64,000 nt of DNA from Hyphomicrobium sp. (GCA_002928735.1 PERL01000017.1:1882-65881), one strand, 5' to 3'. Shown: positions 29,894 through 39,796, counted from the first letter of the stretch. Notes: generated from the sequence alone by a model not told the origin. Program-made: numbers and translations.

Positions 29894-30784
29894 ATGGAAG
29901 ATTCCGGCCAAAACACACGCCGGAAAAGGAAACGTGCCGTGACCACCGCCACATGCCAAGCCTCCGTCGCGAGCACGACGGCCGACAGAGAGCGCGCGCT
30001 GTACACCACGATGCTGCGTCTACGCCGCTTCGAAGAAAAGGCGGGCATGCTTTATGCCATGGGCACCATTGCAGTGCCCTGCCCTCTTGGCTACGGCCAG
30101 GAAGGAGCCATCGCTGCCCTCGTCGATGTACTCCAACCCACCGACGTTCTGTTATCGCTGAGCGCGCTGCCGGGTCTGGAACTGGCGCTTAGCGCATCAC
30201 CACTCACAGTTTTTCAACGCCTCGCCGGATCCAACGATGCGGCTGGCGCCCCGATCGCACTCCTGCGCCGACCCGGGGAGGACGTGTCCGTTCTCAACCG
30301 GCCAGAGCCCGCGCTTGTTCCGGCAGCGGGCCGCGCCGGCGCCTCCATCGTGCTCGCCACCGGCGCGAGTGAACTCGCCCCCTTTGTCGACCCCTCGCGA
30401 GCTAAAATCCTCGCCATTCTGATGGTCCCATCCGACCGCCGGCCCGATACGTCGCCTCTGCTGGCCGGTATGCCCTTTCGCGAATGCGACGGAACCCATC
30501 TTGACTCCATCTCGGACGCCCTAGCAGCCGCGCGCGATGCACTCGCCGCGGGTGAAACGCACGTTGGTCTGATGCTTCTGACACCGCCCTATGCCGGCCA
30601 TGCACGCGACCCAGGCCGCCGGCCCGCCGCTCGTCGCGACAGTCCCGATCCCATTGCTCTTTACCGCCATCAGATCGTGTCGTCCGGCCGCATCACCGAA
30701 ACCGAAGCCAGTGCCATCGAGAATGCCGTTCGCGACGAAATTGCCGCCTGCGGCCGCGCCATTACTCTGGCATGTGCGCCATGA
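29894..30784 (+). CDS. Divergent pyruvate dehydrogenase E1-alpha-like protein lacking recognisable ThDP-binding motifs
   Basis: Colinear with PdhA at both ends (..LYTTMLRLRRFEEKAGMLYAMG.. and ..MPFRECDGTHLDSISDAL..DPIALYRHQIV..GRITETEASAIENAVRDEI..). The central GDG..NQG/NN ThDP motif region is not recognisable, and no pdhB follows. Confidence 0.6.
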   Translation: MEDSGQNTRRKRKRAVTTATCQASVASTTADRERALYTTMLRLRRFEEKAGMLYAMGTIAVPCPLGYGQEGAIAALVDVLQPTDVLLSLSALPGLELALSASPLTVFQRLAGSNDAAGAPIALLRRPGEDVSVLNRPEPALVPAAGRAGASIVLATGASELAPFVDPSRAKILAILMVPSDRRPDTSPLLAGMPFRECDGTHLDSISDALAAARDALAAGETHVGLMLLTPPYAGHARDPGRRPAARRDSPDPIALYRHQIVSSGRITETEASAIENAVRDEIAACGRAITLACAP

Positions 30785-31095
30785 CCCGGATGCCCCCACC
30801 CGACCGACCAAGCGAACCCCGCCGCATCGTCGTCGCCGACCTATCGTCTCCGCGCCGCCGCGAACCGCCAAAGCCGCGATCCGACAAACCCGAAAAGCCA
30901 CTTTTTTTCTACGGTCCGCGCGGTGAGACGACGCTCAACTGGCGTCATTGGGCTGCGCCGCTGATCATGCTGATTAACATCGTCACGCTGCCGCTCGTCA
31001 TCATCATCCGGCTCTTGGATATCGCGCTGCACTACACGTCGTGGCACATCAACCAAGCCAAGCAGCGCCGCAACAATCGTTCGGACAAATCGTGA
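30772..31095 (+). CDS. Small membrane protein, N-terminal basic/proline-rich tail
   Basis: One TM helix (..WAAPLIMLINIVTLPLVIIIRLL..). An ATG at 30781 overlaps the preceding stop as ATGA. Confidence 0.45.
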   Translation: MCAMTRMPPPDRPSEPRRIVVADLSSPRRREPPKPRSDKPEKPLFFYGPRGETTLNWRHWAAPLIMLINIVTLPLVIIIRLLDIALHYTSWHINQAKQRRNNRSDKS

Positions 31096-31242
31096 CGCAC
31101 ACGTGCTGATCCACAGAAATCTGCGGCAAACGCAAAGTCATCAACCGTTCAATTGCCCCGTTAGCTTCCCCCCGGTTCTTGCCCGCGCCTAGAAGGCTGA
31201 AGGGAAATTTTCGCGACTCAGCGCGACCGACGGGGGATCCGC

Positions 31243-31713
31243 ATGACAGCCAACTTCACCAAATTGACCGCCGCTGCATTTGCAACGCTGTCGCTGGCGG
31301 CGTGCGCCGATGGCTCGACAGGCCTGTTGTCCACGGCCTCTCTGGGCACCACCGCTCCAGTCGCGACCGCCGCCCCGAAGCCTGATCCGGCCTGTGTCGC
31401 CCTGACGGCCCGGATTGATGCCCTGCGCCGGGAAGGCGTCGTCGAGCGCGTCGAGAAGGCCTCGACCGGCAAGTCCAAAACGGTCACCGTCAAGCGGGAA
31501 ACCCTCGCCAAGGTCACAGAACTCGACAAGGCCAACGCTGAATTCCAGGCCAAGTGTGCCGTGCCGCTGACCACGGCCTCTGTCCGGCCGGCCCCCACGA
31601 CCGCCGTACCCGCAGCCCAAGCGGCGGTCGTCCCGGCCGCCCAAACGGCAGCGGTTGACAAACCCAAGGCGACGCCGACGACCGCAGCGGCTCAAAAGAT
31701 AGCGAAACCTTGA
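31243..31713 (+). CDS. Lipoprotein, unknown function
   Basis: Lipobox ..ATLSLAAC.. followed by a Cys-bracketed helical segment (C-x2-L-x3-IDALRREGV...KC). Confidence 0.6.
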   Translation: MTANFTKLTAAAFATLSLAACADGSTGLLSTASLGTTAPVATAAPKPDPACVALTARIDALRREGVVERVEKASTGKSKTVTVKRETLAKVTELDKANAEFQAKCAVPLTTASVRPAPTTAVPAAQAAVVPAAQTAAVDKPKATPTTAAAQKIAKP

Positions 31714-31890
31714 ACTGGCACTACCGCACCGGCCATGATTTGCCCACGAACGGCCGCCACTCATTCCGCGGAACGCGGGACAGTGTGCAGCATACGGGTC
31801 ACAATCGGTCAGCCATCGGAACCAGGGGGTTGCGAGACCTGAGCCGACTGTGAGACACGGTAAACAGAATGGCCGCATCAGGCGCGGTGA

Positions 31891-32220
31891 GTGGGGATGG
31901 TCCGGAGGAGCATGGTGACGAGGGCAGGGGGCAGTGGGGTTCGTCGCGCGCGAGCAATAGTGGCTGCGGGCTTTGTTCTGGGCTTGGCTGGCTGTGCTGG
32001 CGGGTCGGGATCGGGTGACCCGGGCGCGAAGCCGCTTCCGGTTGGCGAAACATGCCAATCCCTGCGTGGCCAGCTTGATCGCCTGCTCGCCCGCGGAGTG
32101 CAGCCTAAGGTCGAGGCGCTTAGCGCCGGCCGCAAGCTGTCGCCCAAAGATAAGGCCGACGCCGAGGCCTACAACCGGATCCTCAATCAATATCTCGGCG
32201 CCCGCTGCCACGTAGCCTGA
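31891..32220 (+). CDS. Lipoprotein, distant paralogue of 31243-31713
   Basis: Lipobox ..FVLGLAGC.. with the same Cys-bracketed layout (C-x2-L-x3-LDRLLARGV...RC). Confidence 0.55.
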   Translation: MGMVRRSMVTRAGGSGVRRARAIVAAGFVLGLAGCAGGSGSGDPGAKPLPVGETCQSLRGQLDRLLARGVQPKVEALSAGRKLSPKDKADAEAYNRILNQYLGARCHVA

Positions 32221-32253
32221 AGGCCGCCAGCCTAGCCAACCGGAAACGTCACG

Positions 32254-32517
32254 ATGGAATACCTGCAGAACCCCTGGGTCATTATGGTCATCAACGGCCT
32301 CGTCGCCGGTTGGCTGGCGGGGCTTCTGCTCGGCGGCGGGGGTTTGATCCGCAACCTGGTCGTCGGTATCATCGGCGCCTTCCTGGCCGGCGTATTGATC
32401 CAGGCCGGGCTGTTGACACTGCCGTTCACGACCGGCTTTCCACTGGGTGACCAGATCATCGTCTCCACCGTTGGCGCGATCCTGGTCATCATCATCGCGC
32501 GCATCATCGCCCGCTGA
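32254..32517 (+). CDS. GlsB/YeaQ/YmgE family stress-response membrane protein
   Basis: 87 aa; ..INGLVAGWLAGLLLGGGG.....VGIIGAFLAGVL.. is the typical pattern. Confidence 0.85.
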   Translation: MEYLQNPWVIMVINGLVAGWLAGLLLGGGGLIRNLVVGIIGAFLAGVLIQAGLLTLPFTTGFPLGDQIIVSTVGAILVIIIARIIAR

Positions 32518-32556
32518 CGGAGCGATCGGCGCTCGCTCCAACCTCCGGAGAACCGG

Positions 32557-33036
32557 GTGCCTCGCTTCGAAAACGTCCGCACGATACCCTTCACGGCCGA
32601 TGAGATGTTCGCCCTCGTGGCCGACGTTGAAAAGTATCCTCTTTTCGTGCCGCTCTGCGAAAGCCTCGTCGTTCACAGCCGTGAACAGCGCGACGATGGC
32701 ACTGGCCTGATCACCGCCACGATGGGCATCGGCTACAAAGCCATTCGCGAGACATTCACCACCAGCGTCACCCTCGATCCCGCCGCGCGAAAGATCGTGG
32801 TGCGCCACAAGAGCGGCCCGTTCCGCCATCTTGAAAACGTCTGGCACTTCGCACCCGTTGGCGACGCGGCAAGTGAAATCCGCTTCGCCATCGACTACGA
32901 GTTCTCCTCGCCCCTCCTCGCCGTGATCATGGGCGCCGTCTTCGACACGGCATTCCGGAAATTCGCCCAAGCGTTCGAAGACCGCGCCAGCATCGTTTAC
33001 GGCCGCCGCGCCTCCGTTTCCTCCGCGATGACCTGA
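32557..33036 (+). CDS. SRPBCC/START-fold protein (RatA / COQ10 family)
   Basis: ..IPFTADEMFALVADVEKYPLFVPLCES..VTLDP...I......GPFRHLENVWHF.. Confidence 0.85.
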   Translation: MPRFENVRTIPFTADEMFALVADVEKYPLFVPLCESLVVHSREQRDDGTGLITATMGIGYKAIRETFTTSVTLDPAARKIVVRHKSGPFRHLENVWHFAPVGDAASEIRFAIDYEFSSPLLAVIMGAVFDTAFRKFAQAFEDRASIVYGRRASVSSAMT

Positions 33037-33111
33037 CGCCTCACCATCCGCCACTCTTCCCCCGCCGTCCGCCACTCGCCCCGCGCCATCCGGCCGGCGC
33101 GCCGCAGGCGT

Positions 33112-33151
33112 GTCGGATGGCGCAATCCAAGAGTCGTCGGATGGCGCAATC
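33112..33151. promoter_or_regulatory. Two perfect 16-nt direct repeats (gtcggatggcgcaatc) upstream of the decarboxylase gene
   Basis: Copies at 33112-33127 and 33136-33151 (24-nt periodicity), followed by atattgaca. They lie about 130 nt upstream of ATG 33280. Confidence 0.4.
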
Positions 33152-33279
33152 ATATTGACAACCCTATGACGGCCAAAGCCCTTTACATGGAGGGCGAGAG
33201 GCCCTATTTCCCCGCTAACGCACGGCGGGATGTCTCGCACCGCGCTTCTGGTTTTATCTCGCTGGAGGTCCCGCCCGTG

Positions 33280-34470
33280 ATGGAACGCTTCCCATCCGCC
33301 GCCGCCCTTGTCGCCGCCAAGCAGCCCGAACGCCCCGTGCTGGCCTCGCGCCCGCATGCCGCTGCGCGCGCCGCTCGCTGGTTTCTGCAGAACTTCCCCG
33401 GCGACGTGGCTTACGCGTACAAGGCCAATTCCTCCGTCTTCATGATCGGTGCCCTCTACGGCGCCGGCATCCGCCATTTCGACGTGGCGTCCACGCCCGA
33501 ATTGGAAGACGCCTCCACGATCCCGAACGCCCACCTGCATTTCATGCATCCCGTGAAGTCGCGTCAGGCGATCGCCAAGGCCTACAACGTCCACGGCATC
33601 CGCTCGTTCTCGCTGGATAGCGAAGACGAACTGAAGAAGATCGTCGATGAAACGCGTGGCCCCGCCGGTCCCGCCGACGACCTCGTGCTCTTTGTGCGCA
33701 TCGTCGTACCGCCGATGAATTCCGCCGTTCCGCTCGAGCGCAAGTTCGGCATCTCTGGCGACGCTGCCGCGCGCCTGCTGGTCAAGGCGCGCCAGGCTGC
33801 GTCCGAACTGGGCGTCACTTTCCACGTCGGTTCGCAAACCATGACGCCGGACGCCTACACGTTCGCGTTGGCCGAAGTCGGTAAGCTGATCGGTCAGGCT
33901 GGTGTGGTCGTTGACCGGCTCGATGTCGGCGGCGGGTTCCCTGCGCTTTATCCGGGCATGACGCCCGCGCCGCTTTCGAGCTTCATGACCGCCATCCGAG
34001 AAGGGGTCGAGAAGCTGCCGGTCCGCGAAGACGTGCGCCTGATGTGCGAACCCGGCCGCGCGCTCGTCGCCGAAGCCGAAAGCGTCATCGTGCGCGTCGA
34101 AGCCCGCCGTGGCACCGACCTCTTCATCAACGATGGCGGCTATGGCGTCCTCTTCGACGCCGCGCACTTGAATTGGGTTTTCCCGGCGCAACTCGTTTCG
34201 CGCACACCGGCCAAAGGCGAGGGGACCGAAGCTTTCGCGCTGTGGGGGCCAACCTGCGACAGCATCGATTACATGAAGGGCCCCTTCGTCCTGCCCGCCG
34301 GGATCAAGGAGGGCGATTACATCGAGATCGGCAGCGTCGGCGCCTATGGCCGCGCCATCGCCGGCGACTTCAACGGCTACGGCCGCTACGATGAAGTCAT
34401 TCTCGATGACGAGCCGATGTTGTCCCTCTACGGCGCCGATCAGATGTCCCGCGCCGCAGGACAGCGCTGA
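33280..34470 (+). CDS. PLP-dependent group IV (eukaryote-type) ornithine/lysine decarboxylase
   Basis: ..YAYKANS.. (PLP Lys), ..GVTFHVGSQ.., ..LDVGGGFP.., ..CEPGRALVAEA.., ..WGPTCDSIDY.. and ..GSVGAYG... The start is set at ATG 33280; the track ORF starts at 33166. Confidence 0.9.
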   Translation: MERFPSAAALVAAKQPERPVLASRPHAAARAARWFLQNFPGDVAYAYKANSSVFMIGALYGAGIRHFDVASTPELEDASTIPNAHLHFMHPVKSRQAIAKAYNVHGIRSFSLDSEDELKKIVDETRGPAGPADDLVLFVRIVVPPMNSAVPLERKFGISGDAAARLLVKARQAASELGVTFHVGSQTMTPDAYTFALAEVGKLIGQAGVVVDRLDVGGGFPALYPGMTPAPLSSFMTAIREGVEKLPVREDVRLMCEPGRALVAEAESVIVRVEARRGTDLFINDGGYGVLFDAAHLNWVFPAQLVSRTPAKGEGTEAFALWGPTCDSIDYMKGPFVLPAGIKEGDYIEIGSVGAYGRAIAGDFNGYGRYDEVILDDEPMLSLYGADQMSRAAGQR

Positions 34471-34595
34471 GCCATCAACTTCACGGCATAAGCGTTTCAA
34501 CGCTCCTCTCCACAGCTGTACGGCCCCACAACCAGGGCGACGCCTCCGAATCACGCCACGGCTTGTGCTCAGGTCCGTCACATGAGGACTCCGCC

Positions 34596-34838
34596 ATGGC
34601 CGCCGTATTCAACATGCTCGCTCGCATTCGCAAATCTCCGTCCGCCTCGGCGCCCGAACAGGCGGCACCGGCACATGATACATCGCCCCGCTCGCCCGAG
34701 CAGATGATTGCCGGCTGCGAATACGAGCTGCGCCAACTGCGCCGCGACGTCCAACAGACGCGTCGGCAGCCCTTGTCAACACCCGCGCCCAAGACCCGCG
34801 AACCCTTCCTGCGCGCGCCGGGACGCGCCGCCAGCTAG
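34596..34838 (+). CDS. Possible small hypothetical protein
   Basis: 80 aa from ATG 34596 with a weak AGGA upstream. The sequence is low-complexity. Confidence 0.2.
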   Translation: MAAVFNMLARIRKSPSASAPEQAAPAHDTSPRSPEQMIAGCEYELRQLRRDVQQTRRQPLSTPAPKTREPFLRAPGRAAS

Positions 34839-34915
34839 CCGCCACCCGACAATTGAACTTGGCTGCCCCCGTTTCGCGCCTGTATGGATCAACGCGGAAA
34901 GGAAACCGACCAGCC

Positions 34916-35302
34916 ATGACCCGGATCCGTCTGCGCATCGACTTCGATGGCGAGAATTATATCGGCCACGGCCGCATCGAACTGCTCGAACTCATCTGCC
35001 GCCACGGCTCCATCGCCAAAGCTGCGCAGGCGATGGGCATGTCATATAAGCGCGCGTGGTATCTGATCGACGGATTCAGCGCCATGTTCCGCGAGCCCCT
35101 GATCGAGCGCCAGCACGGCGGCAAAGGCGGCGGCTCCGCGACGGTCACACCGTTTGGCCTGCGTGTCGTCGAAGAGTACCGCGCCATGGAAGACAAGGCG
35201 CTCACTGTGTTCGCCAAACCGGTCGGCTTTCTCGAAGCTCACCTCGCCAAAACCTCGATCCCGCGCACCAAGCCAAAATCGAAGCCGCGCAGTTCGGTTT
35301 AA
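34916..35302 (+). CDS. ModE-N-terminal-like winged-helix regulator (LysR-type HTH only)
   Basis: ..IGHGRIELLELICRHGSIAKAAQAMGMSYKRAWYLID...........ERQHGGKGGGSATVTPFG.. matches the ModE N-domain pattern. No Mop domains are present. Confidence 0.8.
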   Translation: MTRIRLRIDFDGENYIGHGRIELLELICRHGSIAKAAQAMGMSYKRAWYLIDGFSAMFREPLIERQHGGKGGGSATVTPFGLRVVEEYRAMEDKALTVFAKPVGFLEAHLAKTSIPRTKPKSKPRSSV

Positions 35303-35416
35303 CTGCTCGCATACCAAAGCCCGACAACATTCCGGTAGCCAGAGCCCGCATGAATTTGCTAATCGATATTTCCAGACCGCTATATCGAAGTTGACCGCCT
35401 CAAACAGTATGGACCG

Positions 35417-36166
35417 ATGACCGGCGTCGAGCTTTTTCTTTTATGCATTCTCTTCTTGGCAGCCGCGACGCTCTATACGTCGGTCGGACACGCGGGCGCC
35501 TCCGGTTACATTGCTGCAATGGCCATCATGGGGCTCGCGCCCGATGTGATGAAGCCTACAGCCCTGACGCTCAACATCCTGGTTGCCGGCCTCTCAACTG
35601 CGCGATGGACAGAGAATGGCCGCACGCTCGCCTGGAAATCTCTTCTGCCTTTGGTGGTGGCGTCCGTTCCAGCAGCATTCATCGGTGGTGCCTACCAGTT
35701 GACGACCCAGCAGTATCGTCTGCTTGTCGGTCTTGTCCTCCTCGCAGCCGCAGTCCGATTTCTATGGCAGCCCAAGGCTGAGGACACGGCCACACCCATT
35801 GAAACCAACGTCCCGTGGCCGGCCGGGCTGCTGACAGGTGCTTTTGTTGGACTTCTCTCCGGATTGACTGGCACAGGCGGCGGAATTTTCCTCACACCCC
35901 TCCTCTTGCTTTTGGGCTGGGCGGGCGCGCGCCAAGCATCCGGTCTCACGGCTCCTTTCATCTTGCTCAATTCGATCGCGGCACTCGCGGGCAACGTCGC
36001 CGCCATTCAAAAATTGCCTTCTGAATTGCCGTTCTTCGTTGCAGCGGCCATGGCCGGGGCTCTTATCGGCACCCAAATCGGAACACGGCTAATCTCGACA
36101 TCCACACTTCAACGCTTGCTCGGAGTGGTCCTGCTGATCGCCGCCGGAAAGTTCCTTTTCGGTTGA
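35417..36166 (+). CDS. Sulfite exporter TauE/SafE family membrane protein
   Basis: 249 aa with about 8 TM helices and a duplicated ..G.LSGL.G.GGG.. motif. Confidence 0.85.
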   Translation: MTGVELFLLCILFLAAATLYTSVGHAGASGYIAAMAIMGLAPDVMKPTALTLNILVAGLSTARWTENGRTLAWKSLLPLVVASVPAAFIGGAYQLTTQQYRLLVGLVLLAAAVRFLWQPKAEDTATPIETNVPWPAGLLTGAFVGLLSGLTGTGGGIFLTPLLLLLGWAGARQASGLTAPFILLNSIAALAGNVAAIQKLPSELPFFVAAAMAGALIGTQIGTRLISTSTLQRLLGVVLLIAAGKFLFG

Positions 36167-36293
36167 CGTTTGGCGGCGCTTCGCCACCGCGGTTTACCGC
36201 CTAGAGACCAATCCATGTCAAAACGGGTATGGGGCATTCCTCTGGTTGGGCGGCGGACAACGGCGATGGGCAAATACTGATGGGCAACCACTG

Positions 36294-37172
36294 ATGGGCA
36301 CCAAAGGCATTATCCTGGCGGGCGGCAGCGGCACGCGCCTTTATCCGCTGACCTATGCGGTGTCCAAGCAACTCTTGCCCGTCTACGACAAGCCCATGAT
36401 CTACTATCCGCTGTCGGTCCTCATGCTGGCCGGCATTCGAGATATCCTGATCATTACGACACCTCACGACCAACCCCTATTCCAGCACCTCCTCGGCGAC
36501 GGTGCTCCCCTCGGCATCGCCATCTCCTATGCCGTCCAGCCCAGCCCAGACGGCCTCGCCCAAGCCTTCATCATCGGCGCGGACTTCCTCGGCAATGATC
36601 CCGCGGCCCTGGTCCTTGGGGACAACATTTTCCACGGCCACGGCCTGCCCGAATTGCTGTCCCAGGCCGTCGCACAGAAAACCGGCGCCAGCGTCTTCGC
36701 CTATGAAGTCGCTGACCCCGAGCGCTACGGCGTCGTCGCCTTCGATGCGGCAGGCCGCGCCACCTCCATCGAAGAAAAGCCGGCGGCACCCAGATCGAAT
36801 TACGCCGTCACGGGTCTCTATTTCTACGACAATGACGTCGTGCGCATCGCTCGCGACATCAAACCGTCGGCACGCGGCGAACTCGAAATCACGAGCGTCA
36901 ATCAAGCGTATCTGGACGCCGGCAAGCTGAACGTCATAAAGATGGGCCGCGGCTTCGCGTGGCTCGATACCGGAACATTCGATAGCCTGCTCGCCGCCGG
37001 GGAATTCGTCGCCACACTCGAACAGCGCCAGAGCCTCAAGATCTGTTGCCCGGAAGAAATCGCGCTCCGCCAGGGTTTCACGACGCTCGCCAAAATGAGC
37101 CCCTGGCTCGACCGCCTCGGCAAGTCGGATTACGCGTCCTACATCCGTAAAGTCGCCGCTCGTCTCGATTAG
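36294..37172 (+). CDS. rfbA: Glucose-1-phosphate thymidylyltransferase
   Basis: [57 protein letters not shown].. matches RmlA. The start is at ATG 36294. Confidence 0.93.
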   Translation: MGTKGIILAGGSGTRLYPLTYAVSKQLLPVYDKPMIYYPLSVLMLAGIRDILIITTPHDQPLFQHLLGDGAPLGIAISYAVQPSPDGLAQAFIIGADFLGNDPAALVLGDNIFHGHGLPELLSQAVAQKTGASVFAYEVADPERYGVVAFDAAGRATSIEEKPAAPRSNYAVTGLYFYDNDVVRIARDIKPSARGELEITSVNQAYLDAGKLNVIKMGRGFAWLDTGTFDSLLAAGEFVATLEQRQSLKICCPEEIALRQGFTTLAKMSPWLDRLGKSDYASYIRKVAARLD

Positions 37173-37187
37173 AGGCCCGAACGTCCA

Positions 37188-39587
37188 TTACAGCTTCACC
37201 GCATTGAGCCGCAGCGCATTCCCGATGACGCTGACCGACGACAGCGCCATCGCAGCCGCCGCAATCATCGGCGACAGCGTCAGCCCCAGAGACGGATAGA
37301 GCACGCCCGCTGCAATCGGCACGCCAGCTGCGTTATAAGCGAAGGCAAAGAACAGGTTCTGGCGAATATTCCGCATCGTGGCGACCGACAATTGCCGCGC
37401 TCGCACAAGGCCGGCGAGATCGCCGCTCAGCAGCGTCACCCCCGCACTCTCCATGGCAACATCAGTGCCCGTGCCCATCGCAATACCAACATCGGCCGCT
37501 GCCAGCGCTGGTGCATCGTTGACGCCGTCGCCAGCCATTGCCACCACGCGGCCCTCATCCCGCAACCGCTTGACGATGTCGGCCTTAGCGCCGGGCAATA
37601 CGTCGGCCTCGACGTCGGCAATGCCAAGCCGCCGCGCTACCGCCAAAGCTGTCGTGCGATTGTCCCCTGTCAGCATCACGATTTTGATGCCGGCGTCCTG
37701 CAGCGCTTTGATCGCCTCCGCCGTCGTTGCTTTGATCGGATCGGCAATCGCGATCACGGCGGCGGCCTGACCGTCGATGGCAACGAAGATCGCTGTCGCC
37801 CCGTCGGCGCGCAAGGCATCCGCCTCGGCCTCCAGCGCCGCGGTCTCAACGCCCGAATCCGCCATGATCCGCTGATTGCCAATGATCAGTTCGCGGCCAT
37901 CGACGCGACCCATGACGCCCTTACCCGCCGGCGACTGAAAATTCTCCGCCGTCACCAGCGCTACACCCTGCCCCTCAGCATGCCGCACGATGGCCGCCGC
38001 AAGAGGATGCTCGCTCGATCGCTCCAGAGCGGCCGCCAGCCGCAGCACGTCGCCGCCGTCAAACTCCGGCGCCGTCCGGATCGCCACCACGCTGGGCTTG
38101 CCCTCCGTCAGTGTCCCGGTCTTGTCGATCACCAGCGTGTCGACGCGCTCCATCCGCTCCAGCGCTTCCGCGTTCCGGATCAGTACGCCCGATTGCGCGC
38201 CCCGTCCGACACCCACCATGATCGCCATCGGTGTCGCCAGCCCCAAAGCGCACGGACACGCAATGATGAGCACCGACACCGCAGCAATCAGCCCGAAGGT
38301 GAACCGCGGCTCCGGCCCGAACATGGCCCACGCCGCAAATGCCAGCAGCGCCACCGCGATGACCGCCGGCACAAACCAACCTGACACCTGATCCGCCAGC
38401 CGCTGGATTGGCGCCCGGCTGCGCTGGGCCTGTGCCACCATCTGCACGATCTGGGCGAGCATGGTCGCGCGCCCAACCTTTTCCGCACGCATCACAAAGC
38501 TACCCGACTGATTGATCGTGCCACCGATCACCGCGTCCCCGGTCCCCTTCGTCACCGGCAAGGATTCGCCCGTCACCATCGACTGATCAATCGCGCTGCG
38601 CCCTTCGGCAATCGCGCCGTCCACCGGTACGCGCTCGCCCGGCCGCACGCGCAACAGGTCACCAGCCATCACCACATCAAGCGCGACATCCTCATCACTG
38701 CCGTCGCGCCGTACGCGCCGCGCCGTCTTCGGAGAAAGATCCAAAAGCGCCTTGATCGCGCCACTCGTCTTTTCCCGTGCGCGCAATTCCAGCACCTGCC
38801 CGAGCAGCACCAGCACCGTGATCACCGCCGCCGCCTCGAAGTACACGGGCACCGCGCCATCCGCCCCGCGCATGGAGGCTGGAAACATCCCCGGCGCCAC
38901 CGTGGCCACAACACTGTAAAGCCACGCCACGCCCGTCCCCATCGCGACGAGCGTGAACATGTTCAAGTTGCCCGTCCGGATCGACGCCCAGCCGCGCTCG
39001 AAAAACGGCCATCCGGCCCACAGCACAACCGGCGTTGCGAGCACCAGCTGCAGCCAATTCGACGTGACGTGTCCAAGCCGGTGCGTGAGCCCGAACAGAT
39101 GTCCGCCCATCTCCAGAACGAACACCGGCAGCGCCAGCGCAAGCCCGATCCAGAACCGCCGCGTCATGTCGGCAAGTTCCGGATTGGGTCCGCTCTCGAC
39201 CGAAACGTCCTCCGGCTCCAGCGCCATGCCGCAGATTGGACACGTGCCGGGTCCCACCTGACGGATCTCCGGATCCATCGGGCAAGTATAGATCGCGCCG
39301 GGTTTCACGGGCGCTGCCGCAGCAGGCTTTGGCTTGGGATTTAAGAAAGCATCTGGATCGGCCGCAAACCGCTCGCGACACCGCGCGCTGCAAAAATAGA
39401 CGGTCCGGTCGCCATGCGCATAACTGTGCTTGGCCGTCAGCGGATCGACCGACATCCCGCACACCGGATCGATCACCGTCTCCCGCCCCGGTGCAAAAAC
39501 TTTGCGAACGGCCTTGTCCTGCGCAGCCGTGCCGCAGCACGGTGCCGGCGAAACATTAGGACGCTGTCGCGTCGGACCCTGCGTCAT
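37188..39587 (-). CDS. copA: Copper-translocating P1B-type ATPase with N-terminal TRASH/YHS-like and Cys-rich metal-binding modules
   Basis: ..[13 protein letters not shown].. (CPC), ..DKTGTLTEG.. and ..[10 protein letters not shown].. are present. The N-terminus carries ..CGMSVDP....[11 protein letters not shown].. and ..[20 protein letters not shown]... Confidence 0.95.
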   Translation of the reverse strand: MTQGPTRQRPNVSPAPCCGTAAQDKAVRKVFAPGRETVIDPVCGMSVDPLTAKHSYAHGDRTVYFCSARCRERFAADPDAFLNPKPKPAAAAPVKPGAIYTCPMDPEIRQVGPGTCPICGMALEPEDVSVESGPNPELADMTRRFWIGLALALPVFVLEMGGHLFGLTHRLGHVTSNWLQLVLATPVVLWAGWPFFERGWASIRTGNLNMFTLVAMGTGVAWLYSVVATVAPGMFPASMRGADGAVPVYFEAAAVITVLVLLGQVLELRAREKTSGAIKALLDLSPKTARRVRRDGSDEDVALDVVMAGDLLRVRPGERVPVDGAIAEGRSAIDQSMVTGESLPVTKGTGDAVIGGTINQSGSFVMRAEKVGRATMLAQIVQMVAQAQRSRAPIQRLADQVSGWFVPAVIAVALLAFAAWAMFGPEPRFTFGLIAAVSVLIIACPCALGLATPMAIMVGVGRGAQSGVLIRNAEALERMERVDTLVIDKTGTLTEGKPSVVAIRTAPEFDGGDVLRLAAALERSSEHPLAAAIVRHAEGQGVALVTAENFQSPAGKGVMGRVDGRELIIGNQRIMADSGVETAALEAEADALRADGATAIFVAIDGQAAAVIAIADPIKATTAEAIKALQDAGIKIVMLTGDNRTTALAVARRLGIADVEADVLPGAKADIVKRLRDEGRVVAMAGDGVNDAPALAAADVGIAMGTGTDVAMESAGVTLLSGDLAGLVRARQLSVATMRNIRQNLFFAFAYNAAGVPIAAGVLYPSLGLTLSPMIAAAAMALSSVSVIGNALRLNAVKL

Positions 39588-39738
39588 CGGTTTATCCTAC
39601 CAAGTCCGGGGTTGGGATCGCACGGTGAAGTAAGAGATAGGGACGGGCGAACCAATCTGCCACCTACGCGGCCGGAGTTTACACCGGCGCCAACGAGACG
39701 CGGACAGTTCCTTGTATGGCGATCGCTGGTCGACCGCA

Positions 39739-39783
39739 TGGTGGGCGGTGCAGGGATTGAACCTGCGACCCCACCCGTGTGAA
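39739..39783 (-). other. 3' fragment (anticodon loop to CCA) of a tRNA-Val(CAC)-like gene; putative att site of the adjacent element
   Basis: The reverse strand reads uucacac-GGGUG-gggtc-GCAGG-ttcaatc-CCTGC-ACCGCCC-A-CCA. That gives an anticodon loop with U33 and CAC, the 3' half of the anticodon stem, the variable loop, a complete T-arm, the acceptor 3' strand, the discriminator and CCA. The expected 5' stem partner, D-arm and 5' acceptor strand are absent (39784 onward is ttttt...). Confidence 0.7.
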
Positions 39784-39796
39784 TTTTTAGGTAGCA

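Noticed and set aside
32557-33036. RatA as a type II toxin with a missing antitoxin
   Set aside because: This START/SRPBCC protein is a widely conserved housekeeping COQ10/RatA homologue in Alphaproteobacteria. There is no small partner ORF or mobile context.
31189-34581. 1130-aa ORF on the reverse strand, the longest in the track
   Set aside because: It is antisense to at least five well-supported forward genes: two lipoproteins, GlsB-like, RatA/COQ10-like and the PLP decarboxylase with all its motifs. Its translation is Arg/Gly/Ala/Pro-rich low-complexity sequence. This is a typical high-GC shadow ORF.
36294-37172. rfbA without rfbB/C/D as an anomaly
   Set aside because: Stand-alone rmlA copies are common, and the other dTDP-rhamnose genes may lie elsewhere. 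There is no sign of truncation or mobile context.
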